Below are positions 1-9,798 of a DNA stretch of 61,627 nucleotides, in pieces. The DNA lies in the IMG/VR virus record IMGVR_UViG_3300037963_004084, positions 1 through 61,627 of that record. One strand, written 5' to 3'. The position numbers were made by a program, and so were the translations under genes. The notes below the pieces were generated by a model. That model saw only the letters and a program-made list of their open reading frames with translations. It was not told the origin of the DNA and ran no database searches. This DNA comes from a virus. Lineage: Duplodnaviria > Caudoviricetes. The first letter of the stretch is position 1. Every line of letters begins with the position of its first letter.

Positions 1-98
1 TTTTCAGCGGGGGTAGATTTGGGGTCCGTAACTTTCTTGAAAAGATCTGACTGTCTCTCAAAAGAATTCAATAACGGCTCGATGTCGCCCAGAGGAGT
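1..98. repeat. Terminal direct repeat / circular assembly overlap (left copy)
   Basis: Bases 1-98 are identical to 61529-61626, and a reading frame runs in phase across the join, so the unit genome is 61,528 bp. Confidence 0.95.
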
Positions 99-3000
99 AA
101 TTTGGTTGGCGTCTAGACCCCGCTGCTCAGGAATAAAGCCCGCGTCCTCTGGCTTATTGCTATCAAGAGCTTTCAATGCTCCGACAATACGTTGAACTAC
201 CTGTTGGTAGTTTGAGTTCCGCTCCCCACGGAGAGAGGGGCCTAATCTAGCTACAATCTTTGTGAGTTGTCTACTAAGCGCCGTGACGTATGGAGAACTT
301 AGACCGTCAAGGGCATCAGCAAAAACCGATTCAGTTGTAGCCCCCTTCACCACCCGCTGCACATCCATGCGGACCATCTCAGACAATGCGATTGCCATTT
401 CTTTTGGGGACCCCTCTCTAAGAGCCTGTAATTTGGGTTCGGCGTCCGCCTCCGCTTTCTCCCGCGTCTCTGGACGGAGGTAATTAAATCTATCACTTAC
501 CTGTAAGTAGTCTTTGTATGCCTCTACAAGAGCATCAATACCCACCTCTTCAAGTATCGCCTCTCTTTCAGCGTCTGTAACTACTAGTTCGTCTACTACG
601 TGGACAGTCTCTTCTAGTGTCATCAGCTCAAGCTCATTTCTAACTCGCCTCGATGCGAGTCGGAACATCTCTAGAGCTTGGGCTCCACCCTCTTCACTAG
701 CAAGATGGGCAGGGTCGACCGAGCCTACGCTAGACAGATATTGAATGTCACCTAGCAGGTCGGCCTGCGACTGCAAAGCATCGGTGTTAAAGTTAACCTG
801 TGTGATCGTTTTCTGTACCCCACCTTCTTCTATGGTAATCACCTCTTTAAAGGCGGGCGCAAACGCTTTGAAACCCAGACCCCGACTCCTTAAATCCTCT
901 GCATTAGTAAACACTACTCGCACCCCCGTAGGAACTTGCCTACTTACTTCATCTCTGAGGAGCTGCGAAAACAGAACTTGCTCTGCAAGGCTAGCCTCTT
1001 CGTCGCCAGATCGTCCTTCTTCTCTAGCTTTGACAAAATCATCAAGATACGATTTGAACAAATCAATCTCGGGTCCGTCAACGAGTCCCTGAGATAGTCG
1101 TTTATCTAGGTCCGCGCTCAGACCTCTCTTCAACCCAACAAGGTCAACCTGTTGTTGGACCCCCGCAATAATCCTAGCTCGGGTATCCTCGTAAGATTGA
1201 GTAAGATCTCGGGAGCCCCTCAGCTTCGCAAAGTTATAAATAGTATCAACTACTTCGGCTTGCTGTTTCTCAACACCCGTCCGTACACCGAACATGGTCT
1301 TGATCGCATCAATAATTCTACGGAACAGACTCCTGTCACCAACAGCTATCTTGCGGGTAGCCTCTTGGAAATCAGAAGAACTGAGCCAGCTAGTAAAGAA
1401 TTCTTCAAACCCACGGGCGGCAGGGAGAATAACATCCGACCCTGCCGTACCCTCCATCGCTGCTTGGGACGCATCGAGCGTCGTCTCATCAGCCCCTGCA
1501 TAGAATGGAAGATCTCCACTAGCGGCAATAACGCCCGAAGGGCCCACCAGTCTAGCTGTCTGTCTTCCTGTCTCGAATACATAATCGAGATTGCGGTTCG
1601 CTATACCTCTCTTCTTAGAGTTTTCCCACTGCTTGCGAGCGCGATCATAGACCACCTGCATTTGTTTTTTGGCAGCTCTCTGACCAGACGTAAGTTCTGC
1701 GTCAGGGGCGGATATAATCCTCTGGAAAACGGCATGACCTACTTCGTGCAGAATTACAGAGATGACGCCATCCCCATATCTGCCGCTCACATTCACAGTA
1801 ACTTCCCCCGTAGGGCTGAAGCTACCGGCAAAGTGATTGCCAGCCTCAATTATAACTGGAGTTAAGTTTGTTCTTATGTAGTCCTCAAATTGAAGTAGAA
1901 GATCTGCGGCCATACGGTGGTCTGGGCCAGCATTCTTGAGGACATTGATGAGGGATTCTACGTCTCTGTTTTCTAAACCAAGATCGGCGATCTCTTGGAT
2001 GTTCATCTCCTTAATTCTTTCTTGGAACTTCTTATCCAAGAAACTAGGAGCGTAGTCTGCCTCCGACCGTGACCTGTAACCGTTGACCACCTTAACAACA
2101 TCCGTCGCGTCCAATTCTATGCCCGCGCCTTGGACGATTGCGGTTGCCGCTGTCCCACCCGCGAGTCCTCCTCCCATCGCGTTGATCGAATATAAATACA
2201 AGATCGCAGCCCCCGCTCCCTTAGAAGCGCCCAACCGCGTTGAGCCGCCCATCATTGCGGAGCCCAGCGCCGTCACTGTAGACTGCATAGATTCGTTCAC
2301 AGAATCCGGTACAGTGTCGGACCACCCCTTGGGTAGCGCGCGCATAGCCTGTTCAAATCTATCTATCACCTCTAACACAGGCGTATCATTCTCGATACCG
2401 AGATTTATGATGCCCGCCCCTTCCAGAGCTTCGATGTAACTCCTGATTACCCGTGCGTCAGTAGCTAGGAAGTAATCTCCCGCCTTAGCCTGAATTTCCT
2501 TGATAAGTGGATCGACCTCTACTTCTCCAACACCCGCCAGTGTGCTAGTGTCTGGTGCGTCTTCTTTGGGGGCTTCATCTGGGGAACCCGTGTCTGATGG
2601 AGAGGCGAGCTCAGCAGGTTGGACAACCGACCCCGATTCAGCTCGGGCTTTATCAGATATCTGTTTAGTAGATGCTTTATCCAACCTATTATCGATATCC
2701 CCCTTGGCGGCATTATAATTAGGAGTGGGTTTCTCAGAGTTTGCACGGCTTCCTTCCGACGCCGCCCCCTCATGTCTTGTAAGATTTGAAATATGTTCCG
2801 CAACCGCATCAAAAATGCTCTGGCCTTCTCCAGTTGGGATACCCCTCCCCAAGAATTTGCTCAGCACAAACCCAAACAATTCGTTTGCGGTTTCAAAATC
2901 AGCTTCTGTTTTACCCGTCAGCTTAGTCAGATCAGAAAAGTCTTTCTCACCCCTATTGAAGAGAGCCATAATCGCCTCTTCGTTAGTCTGTCCTTCAGAC

Positions 3001-6000
3001 TTGTTCGTCACTGCTTGAAGTATGGCGACCTCTACGGCGAAGCGGGCTCCCTTCGCGTTCAAATCCAAAGTGAACGTATACCTCGCATCTTCTTCACTGT
3101 TAGAGAGGAGTTTCAAGTTCTTTATGCTCCTCGTACTCAGTGGGAGCGGCTGGTCGTATATGTAGACGCCTTTGTCATTGATGCTCCCACTTAGCAGCCC
3201 CTCAACATACGACAGAATTCTTTGAATTGTCTGAGCAATAGTTAGAGACTCTTCCACTCGACCAGACCCTCGGGTGGGGTCTTCCTTGTTTAGAGAAACA
3301 TCTATTCGCGCACTGGTGTTAATAAACTGCAACAGAGTATTGGTTTTTTGTGCCTCTGTAGTGGCCAATTCATCTGCGCTGCTGGTTTTCTTGTGGGTGT
3401 AGTTGCCGCTAGCCCTCACCTCGGAACCACTCCCGTCTCCTACAGGGTAGTACACAGACCTCACCTCCCCCACATCGGCTGCACTCTCCCGCCCATGTGT
3501 ATCCGCTCGGAGAGTCTGGTTGACTTTCTCTCTCGGAAAATCTTTAGGGATGGGGATCGAGTGGACGTTCACTACCTGATCGAGAGCCACCTTCATGGCT
3601 CTGGGATCGTTGTTAAACAGAATCACAATCTCGTTAGTACCACCGTTGCCTTTGCCATCATCGAAGATGCCTCCGGGGGTATCTCTAATCGTGTATATGT
3701 CTGTCTTGCTGAACTGTTGTCTGGTCTTCTGTAAGGTCGCCCATTGTTCGTCGGGAACCTTTGTTCCCATGATAGACTCTAAACTCGCCCTTACTTCCTT
3801 CTCCGTTGTCAGCGGAGAGCCGCTCTCATCAAACTGAACGAGAGGATACCTCGCGTATACGCCTTCAAACTCTCGGTCAGCCGCAGCTTTCTGATCGGTA
3901 GGGTTTACTTTGATGCTTGAGGGGAAACCAAACACGGCGGTCCCCATCCTCCTCAGCGCATTTTTAGCGCCTCCCCTACGAAGGGCACCCGCTTCTACGT
4001 CTTCTTCTACAATAGCGTCGAGTTCGTCCTTGGCCTTCTGTTTAGGGTCGATTTCCAAAAGGACACCTTTGTCCTGTTTCACGGGTCCCTTACCCGCATC
4101 CCTATCAGGCTTCTTCTCACCCTTGGTGGTGACTTTTTCTACATTGGTGGGGTTGCCCTCTTCATCTGTATCAAAGAGATAGATTGGAACTGTATCCACC
4201 AAGTCTCCCAAGTCGTCGCGGAGCTTTTGCTCAGTTGAGCGGTATTTCCTCTCAGTTCCTGTCCTAGGGTCGAGCCCTTCTAATTCTAGAGCCCTGTCGT
4301 AAAACCGATCAGCATCCCTATCTAGTATCTTGGACTCCCTCTCTAGTTCCTCTATCTTCTTTTGCTTGGCTGCAATATGCGGAAGGTCGCGCGCGTACCT
4401 AGCAAGGTATGCGATTGTCTCAGCATCTGAGCCAACCGGAACATTTAGCCTAGTATTTATAGTCAGCGGCCCCCGTCCCGAGCGTGCCAAAGTTCCCGAG
4501 ATGATCTTAAAAGCATCTCGGCCCTCAGACACATTCCCTCGGGGAGCGAATATAATAACAGCTTTTCCCTCGGGGGTTACTAGCTGCCATGTTCCGCCTT
4601 CGTTTTTCTTTACCGCTTCTTTGGAACTCGTTTCTATTTCATCTATTAGTGCCTTAATCTCATCTCTGAGCTCCCCGCTCTGCTCCATTTTTTCTGTAGC
4701 GAGTTTAGCGAGTTTACCTGACTCAGCCTCATCTACGGAAATCTTTTCATCAGCCTCGTAGATATCACGCTCGGCAAGGATCTCAACAAGCTCAGGCTGG
4801 GCCTCTTGTTTTAGTACTCCATCGTTGAAATTATATCCTTTGGTTTCTACAAACTCCCCCAACGCCGGATCAAAAACCAAGACAATGTTATTGAGAGATT
4901 GGTTCGGCTTGGTGCTATCGAGGGTTACGTTGGTTCCGGGCGCAAGGCCCGTAAGCATACTGGGTATATCTGCGGGATCGCGTACACTGTGCAGAACGTG
5001 GGGGGAATTAAAGGCTTTAGCCGTGGTTCCTGATTCCTGACCCGTGGTTCCTGATTCAGGGGCTGGAGGTGTGGGTGCGGGCAAATCCGCTTCGTCCTTC
5101 CCCGCTATATCCCAATCTCGACGATCAACCGAGGTGATCTCCTCTCCTTTGGCGAGCTTAGCTTGAATCTCCTGAACCCGCTTGGCGAAGTATGCGTCAG
5201 ACTTGGCCTGCACCTCGGGAGTGACTCCTGAAGTATCGACCTGCGGCTCCCCGGCTATCTCACGCATATAGTTCTCGATAGTAACTAGGTCTCGCTCGTT
5301 CTCGAATCGCTCACCCCTATCAAAACCTTCAGGAGGATCTTGGAGCTCTGCTCGTAGGCGTTGATGCCTATCACGGAGTTCTTCCAATCTTTCCTGAGGT
5401 CTCGGGTCACCCGCCTCCGCCGCTTCATCTGCCTTTGCTTCAGCACGGGCCTCCAAATCCCGTCGCTCTTTTGGGCTAAGGGGTGTCGGATCAACCGATT
5501 CTTCCTCGGTCTCTGGCTTTGAGACAATACTGTCAATAGCCGTTTCAGAAATGTCGCCCGAGCGTTTGCTCTTGGAGAACATAGCTAGATAGACAGCTCC
5601 TCGTCTATCGTCCTCTTTCCGTTTAAGAATTTCTATGTCCCCCTCACTCTTATAAATATCAGATCGTACAATCGTACCTTTCGGATACTTTTCTGTATCC
5701 CCGTCCACATCCTCGTCCACATCCCCGTCTACCACTGGGTCTGGCTCCAGCTCTTTCCTACGAGTATTAAGCGCCAGAAGATCTTCGAGGGTATCTTTTA
5801 ATCTCCCCAAAAGCTCCAGCTCTGCTGCACGGGTTCCTTTATCAGAGAGATCCCTTCGACGGGCCTTATAGGCAATCCTCTTGTCCAGTGCATCTATCAA
5901 ACCCTGTGTGGGTGTGTCCGTGAAATAATCCTGCCCCACTCCCCCACGGTATGCTCTCGGAGGGCCAGCTTCTGCGCGTTCCTTAAGAGCATCTAGCCCA

Positions 6001-9000
6001 TTTTTGATGCTGCTGATTGTTTGTTTCAGGACGGGCTCATCCCTTTCGATACGGGCCAAGTCCTCTGCCTCTTGTGGGTCTCGCCGAACCTGAGACATCA
6101 ACTCTTCTACCTCTGCTGTGGCATCCTCTTTTGTCATGCCCCTCCCCACAACGAGCGCGTTGATAAGCTCGCTTTTAGCGTCGGGTGTAACAGCAGTCCC
6201 GCCTGTACCCGAAGACTCTTGCGCGGAAGACGACTCTGCTTGAGCTCTGTTAGCCGCCGCGACCGCCTCACTCTGCTGTTCTGCTGTGGAGTTTTCCACA
6301 TTAGCGTCCGCATCACCCTCGGTGATCCCAGTCTGTAGCTGGTGAATAATGTAAGCTACAAGATCCTTCTGTTCTTGAGTAAGGTCTTTATCAGCCGCGA
6401 ATTCTTCAATCTGAGAAATGATCGCCTGCCTTTCAACCAACGAAAAATCATTGGGATTCAAAATGACCGGCAGCATCTCAGCCGACAAAACCTCCAGACC
6501 GATTGATTGTAGAAAGCCTAGGATTCTTTCTTCCTCCGCTAGTGCAGCTTCTTGTGTTAGCTGCGCCTCTGATTCGGCAATTTCAGGTGAAGAACGCTGT
6601 AGAGATGTCCCAAGTTGATCCGCTATTTGCTTTTCAATAGCTTCTCTTTCTTTCTTCGATTTCGCGGCGGCGAGCTTTTCTTGAAGCGGCTTTACTCTCT
6701 CTGCTGCGGCCCTCTCCCGCTGATCTTCGAGCTGTTGCTGGGCTTCGTCTGCGGCTGCTTGCGTGTCCGTGTCCGTGTCCGTAGGGGTGGATGCGTCTGC
6801 GGCTGCGGCTGCGGCTGCGGTTGTGGCTGTGGCTGTGGCTGAGGCTGTGTCTACCTCCGGTTGGGCAGACGCTTCGTCCATCGCAGCGAGAATCTCCTCA
6901 ACTGTGTTGGCAGTTTCTGTGCTTCCGGTAGCCTGTAGCTTAGCGACAGTTTGCTCCCTGATATCGCTGGCTATTTCACGACGGACTCTCGCCTCGGCCC
7001 CCTCTCCCATCGTCCCCCTGTTTGCACGGGACTCAAGAGTTCCTCTGACACCACCACCAAGAGCCCCCAGACCCGCCCCATATGCAGCACCAATGAGCCC
7101 TTCTTTTGCGCGGTCTAAAAATGGGCGATCCCAGTCATCTGCGGAAGTTCCTCTGGCCCCCCATGAGCGGGCGTACGTGTTGAGTAAAGCGTCCGACCCT
7201 TCCTGAAGGGATTCCGCAAGTACTCCGCTGCCCGTTCTCTTTAGAAAGGTATGGCTCATTTTAGCTAAACCCTTCTCTAAGACTTTACTAGTTATGTCTT
7301 TCGTAGCTTCCCCTAAAGAAGCATAGGGTTTCTGCCTTAGTTTCTCTAGTATGGCTTTAAGTCCGCGAGTAGTCCCTCCTCTAGCGGCCCACGTTTCTAA
7401 GCCACCCAATCCCAGTCTCTTCAAAGGTCCCACGCTACCAAGACTGTGGAGACCAAGTACGGTAGCTACCGTAAAAAACCCACCCAAGAAAGCCGCTCCC
7501 GTCGCCCTGTCCTCGATCTCTTCGGCGCTGAGAGGCTTGCCATCAGCGTCGGTAGCCCCCTTCAAAAGCATGTGCATGTCTCCATACGTGTGCCCCGCAG
7601 AGCGCAAAAAAGCGGGAGCCGCCATCGCGGGGAACATCACTCTTTTGGAGCGCATTCCTTTTGCCGCAGCTTCAAAAAGTTTTACCGCCGAGGTTGCCTC
7701 AGCGGTCTTTGCCACCCCCTCGCGTACGAGAGGCAGGGGTTTAACTTTGATAAGCTTCTTCTCTATTGCCTTCTTTACTGTGGCCTCCACAGATTCTTCA
7801 CCGGCTTCTTTCAGGAGTGTCCTCATTCCCCCGCCCACCAGACCAGCAGCATAAGCCTTAGCGGTGCTCCGAACACCGTACTTAGTCCCAGCCGCACTCA
7901 GGTACATAGCGCCCCCCGCGCCCCCCGTTGTCACTGTTAACCCTGTGGTGGCCGTAAGGTCTACAGCTAGCGGGGCGATAAACATCACCCCATCATCCAC
8001 GTATGACGCTTGTTGCCCAAAGATAGAGCTAAGAGCTTTATTCGCCTCACGTTCCGCCGCCCCCTGTTTAAGAATATCCCCACCTAACTTCTCCAAGAAA
8101 ACAGGGTCATCCCCAGAAGTGACTAGGTTTTGAGCCTTACCCGCAATGAGGGAAAGCGCCCCCACCAGATCTCCAGAAGCCTGTAAAATAGATCTGCCAA
8201 CTCGATTATAGAAATTTTTTCCGCTCTCTGTGTCCAGCCATTCTCCTAAAATCTCCCCCCGCGATTTGCTGGATTTAAATTTAGGATCGTATAGATCGGT
8301 CGTTTTAATGTGGTTGAGCCACGAATTTCTTAGATCTGCGGTCCCGTCGAAAATACTATCGACAATCGTTTCATATGAGTCGTCGAGTTTCTTCTTCCTA
8401 AGAGCGCGGAGACGCTCCTCTAGCGTCCTACCCTCCGAGTCTTTGGTTTCTCCCTGTAAGTTTATGAAAACCTTATCTCCATCTTCGTCTACATCTGGGA
8501 AGTAAAGGTCTTTTCGCTTCGAGAGATTATTAAAATCTTCGCTTGCCAGTAGCAACGAGGGATGAATATAAGACTGCTTAGTTACTGGGTCTTGATATAC
8601 ATTTTGCTCAACTCTCTCTAGAGATTGCTTTGCTCTGGTCTTTTTGCCAGTGAAGATAAAACTCTTTTTCTCATGGTATGTTACAGCCCCCGTTTGGACT
8701 GCGACATTCATAGCTACCGATCTAAGAGCGTGAAGTATCTCTTTATCACTTAGGTGCCCTCGTAGTGGGTAAAGTGTTCTAAAGTCTTTTAACGCTTCCC
8801 TGTAGTCTTGTGTGACTACCCTGTTGTACTTGCCAACACCAGCCTTGGTCACGCCGGTAGGAACACCATCCACTTCAATAAACTCATGTACCTCACCCCC
8901 CTGCGGTTTAACGTGAGAAGCCCCTACTTGTTTTATAAGGGCACGTAAACTATCATACAGGTAGCTGTCGGTGGGGACCGACCTGATTAACCTCTCTGCT

Positions 9001-9764
9001 TCGTCTGTATTTCGTGTCGCAGTAGAGCCCTTTGCAGGATTCTTCAGACTATCAATAACTTGCCCTTTAAGCCTTGGGTCTATTGCCCCCGCCTGAATAG
9101 ACTTTGTAACCTCCGCGTCTATATTTTCTTGAGGGATGTCCTTACTAACTATCTGCCCATTTATAATCGCTACACCAAGTCGCCCATCAGACAGCTTGGT
9201 TCTCAACCGGTCTTCTTCTGTGCCCTCTACAAGAAGTTTCAAGGGATCTTCAAACCCCTGTAAGTAGCTCAACTCCTCGTCAGTAAGAGATTCTCTTTCG
9301 CCCTCCATGTTAGGCTCAAGAATATCCGCCCCGACTTGTTTTTCTCTGAGTCGGGCGAACCTAACGGGATTAAAGCCTGACTCTTCGAGGCCATAAAAAA
9401 TATCCCCCACACTAGACCCGTCTTCATTTGTTGACGAGTAGTCTCGTCTCAAACGGAAATAGTTTTCCAGTACCTCGGACTCTTGCTCAGCATAAGGGAC
9501 CTCGGAAACTCTATCGAGAGCTTCGTTGAGTTCTTCTAGGGAGCTAAAGCCCTCAACTAGAAACCTGTCGGCTACTTCGGTCGCCCCCTTTTTTTGCAGG
9601 GGACTTTCGATCTTACTGATAAAACCTTCTATATAATTTCTGAAGGAATTACGCAGAGCAAAATCGTCTTCGGGGTCTATAGGTCTGTTCCTGTGATCAA
9701 CAGGATTAGTCTTCTTCCACTCACTAAATGAGAGTGCGTCTTTAAGCTCATTCAACGATGACAT
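1..9764 (-). CDS. Giant (~4,490 aa in total) polyvalent-like / internal virion protein, N-terminal part; continues through the origin into 57811-61528
   Basis: ATG at 9764 (MSSLNELKDALSFSEWKK...). The track calls no stop-terminated ORF in this frame, and segments translated by hand are open. The frame matches ORF 57811..61599 (61599 = position 71). It contains VILHEVGHAVF at 1734-1748. Confidence 0.85.
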   Translation of the reverse strand, partial: MSSLNELKDALSFSEWKKTNPVDHRNRPIDPEDDFALRNSFRNYIEGFISKIESPLQKKGATEVADRFLVEGFSSLEELNEALDRVSEVPYAEQESEVLENYFRLRRDYSSTNEDGSSVGDIFYGLEESGFNPVRFARLREKQVGADILEPNMEGERESLTDEELSYLQGFEDPLKLLVEGTEEDRLRTKLSDGRLGVAIINGQIVSKDIPQENIDAEVTKSIQAGAIDPRLKGQVIDSLKNPAKGSTATRNTDEAERLIRSVPTDSYLYDSLRALIKQVGASHVKPQGGEVHEFIEVDGVPTGVTKAGVGKYNRVVTQDYREALKDFRTLYPLRGHLSDKEILHALRSVAMNVAVQTGAVTYHEKKSFIFTGKKTRAKQSLERVEQNVYQDPVTKQSYIHPSLLLASEDFNNLSKRKDLYFPDVDEDGDKVFINLQGETKDSEGRTLEERLRALRKKKLDDSYETIVDSIFDGTADLRNSWLNHIKTTDLYDPKFKSSKSRGEILGEWLDTESGKNFYNRVGRSILQASGDLVGALSLIAGKAQNLVTSGDDPVFLEKLGGDILKQGAAEREANKALSSIFGQQASYVDDGVMFIAPLAVDLTATTGLTVTTGGAGGAMYLSAAGTKYGVRSTAKAYAAGLVGGGMRTLLKEAGEESVEATVKKAIEKKLIKVKPLPLVREGVAKTAEATSAVKLFEAAAKGMRSKRVMFPAMAAPAFLRSAGHTYGDMHMLLKGATDADGKPLSAEEIEDRATGAAFLGGFFTVATVLGLHSLGSVGPLKRLGLGGLETWAARGGTTRGLKAILEKLRQKPYASLGEATKDITSKVLEKGLAKMSHTFLKRTGSGVLAESLQEGSDALLNTYARSWGARGTSADDWDRPFLDRAKEGLIGAAYGAGLGALGGGVRGTLESRANRGTMGEGAEARVRREIASDIREQTVAKLQATGSTETANTVEEILAAMDEASAQPEVDTASATATATTAAAAAAADASTPTDTDTDTQAAADEAQQQLEDQRERAAAERVKPLQEKLAAAKSKKEREAIEKQIADQLGTSLQRSSPEIAESEAQLTQEAALAEEERILGFLQSIGLEVLSAEMLPVILNPNDFSLVERQAIISQIEEFAADKDLTQEQKDLVAYIIHQLQTGITEGDADANVENSTAEQQSEAVAAANRAQAESSSAQESSGTGGTAVTPDAKSELINALVVGRGMTKEDATAEVEELMSQVRRDPQEAEDLARIERDEPVLKQTISSIKNGLDALKERAEAGPPRAYRGGVGQDYFTDTPTQGLIDALDKRIAYKARRRDLSDKGTRAAELELLGRLKDTLEDLLALNTRRKELEPDPVVDGDVDEDVDGDTEKYPKGTIVRSDIYKSEGDIEILKRKEDDRRGAVYLAMFSKSKRSGDISETAIDSIVSKPETEEESVDPTPLSPKERRDLEARAEAKADEAAEAGDPRPQERLEELRDRHQRLRAELQDPPEGFDRGERFENERDLVTIENYMREIAGEPQVDTSGVTPEVQAKSDAYFAKRVQEIQAKLAKGEEITSVDRRDWDIAGKDEADLPAPTPPAPESGTTGQESGTTAKAFNSPHVLHSVRDPADIPSMLTGLAPGTNVTLDSTKPNQSLNNIVLVFDPALGEFVETKGYNFNDGVLKQEAQPELVEILAERDIYEADEKISVDEAESGKLAKLATEKMEQSGELRDEIKALIDEIETSSKEAVKKNEGGTWQLVTPEGKAVIIFAPRGNVSEGRDAFKIISGTLARSGRGPLTINTRLNVPVGSDAETIAYLARYARDLPHIAAKQKKIEELERESKILDRDADRFYDRALELEGLDPRTGTERKYRSTEQKLRDDLGDLVDTVPIYLFDTDEEGNPTNVEKVTTKGEKKPDRDAGKGPVKQDKGVLLEIDPKQKAKDELDAIVEEDVEAGALRRGGAKNALRRMGTAVFGFPSSIKVNPTDQKAAADREFEGVYARYPLVQFDESGSPLTTEKEVRASLESIMGTKVPDEQWATLQKTRQQFSKTDIYTIRDTPGGIFDDGKGNGGTNEIVILFNNDPRAMKVALDQVVNVHSIPIPKDFPREKVNQTLRADTHGRESAADVGEVRSVYYPVGDGSGSEVRASGNYTHKKTSSADELATTEAQKTNTLLQFINTSARIDVSLNKEDPTRGSGRVEESLTIAQTIQRILSYVEGLLSGSINDKGVYIYDQPLPLSTRSIKNLKLLSNSEEDARYTFTLDLNAKGARFAVEVAILQAVTNKSEGQTNEEAIMALFNRGEKDFSDLTKLTGKTEADFETANELFGFVLSKFLGRGIPTGEGQSIFDAVAEHISNLTRHEGAASEGSRANSEKPTPNYNAAKGDIDNRLDKASTKQISDKARAESGSVVQPAELASPSDTGSPDEAPKEDAPDTSTLAGVGEVEVDPLIKEIQAKAGDYFLATDARVIRSYIEALEGAGIINLGIENDTPVLEVIDRFEQAMRALPKGWSDTVPDSVNESMQSTVTALGSAMMGGSTRLGASKGAGAAILYLYSINAMGGGLAGGTAATAIVQGAGIELDATDVVKVVNGYRSRSEADYAPSFLDKKFQERIKEMNIQEIADLGLENRDVESLINVLKNAGPDHRMAADLLLQFEDYIRTNLTPVIIEAGNHFAGSFSPTGEVTVNVSGRYGDGVISVILHEVGHAVFQRIISAPDAELTSGQRAAKKQMQVVYDRARKQWENSKKRGIANRNLDYVFETGRQTARLVGPSGVIAASGDLPFYAGADETTLDASQAAMEGTAGSDVILPAARGFEEFFTSWLSSSDFQEATRKIAVGDRSLFRRIIDAIKTMFGVRTGVEKQQAEVVDTIYNFAKLRGSRDLTQSYEDTRARIIAGVQQQVDLVGLKRGLSADLDKRLSQGLVDGPEIDLFKSYLDDFVKAREEGRSGDEEASLAEQVLFSQLLRDEVSRQVPTGVRVVFTNAEDLRSRGLGFKAFAPAFKEVITIEEGGVQKTITQVNFNTDALQSQADLLGDIQYLSSVGSVDPAHLASEEGGAQALEMFRLASRRVRNELELMTLEETVHVVDELVVTDAEREAILEEVGIDALVEAYKDYLQVSDRFNYLRPETREKAEADAEPKLQALREGSPKEMAIALSEMVRMDVQRVVKGATTESVFADALDGLSSPYVTALSRQLTKIVARLGPSLRGERNSNYQQVVQRIVGALKALDSNKPEDAGFIPEQRGLDANQITPLGDIEPLLNSFERQSDLFKKVTDPKSTPAE
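6763..6850. repeat. Low-complexity hexamer repeats (GTGTCC, GCGGCT, GTGGCT) encoding a Thr/Ala/Asp linker in the giant protein
   Basis: Tandem 6-mers visible; the minus strand reads TASATATATTAAAAAAADASTPTDTDTDT. Confidence 0.8.
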
Positions 9765-9798
9765 GCTTAATGTATGTGTATGTTATTATTCTCCTACG

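Noticed and set aside
262-9263. Many plus-strand ORFs in the track
   Set aside because: They are Ser/Leu-rich antisense shadows of the giant minus-strand gene. The same applies to most nested opposite-strand ORFs elsewhere.
1-9764. Giant protein as an N4- or crAss-like virion RNA polymerase
   Set aside because: I saw no DxDGD/DFDID or T7-type A/B/C motifs in the segments I translated or in the C-terminal part. I did not translate all of it, so this is unsupported rather than excluded.
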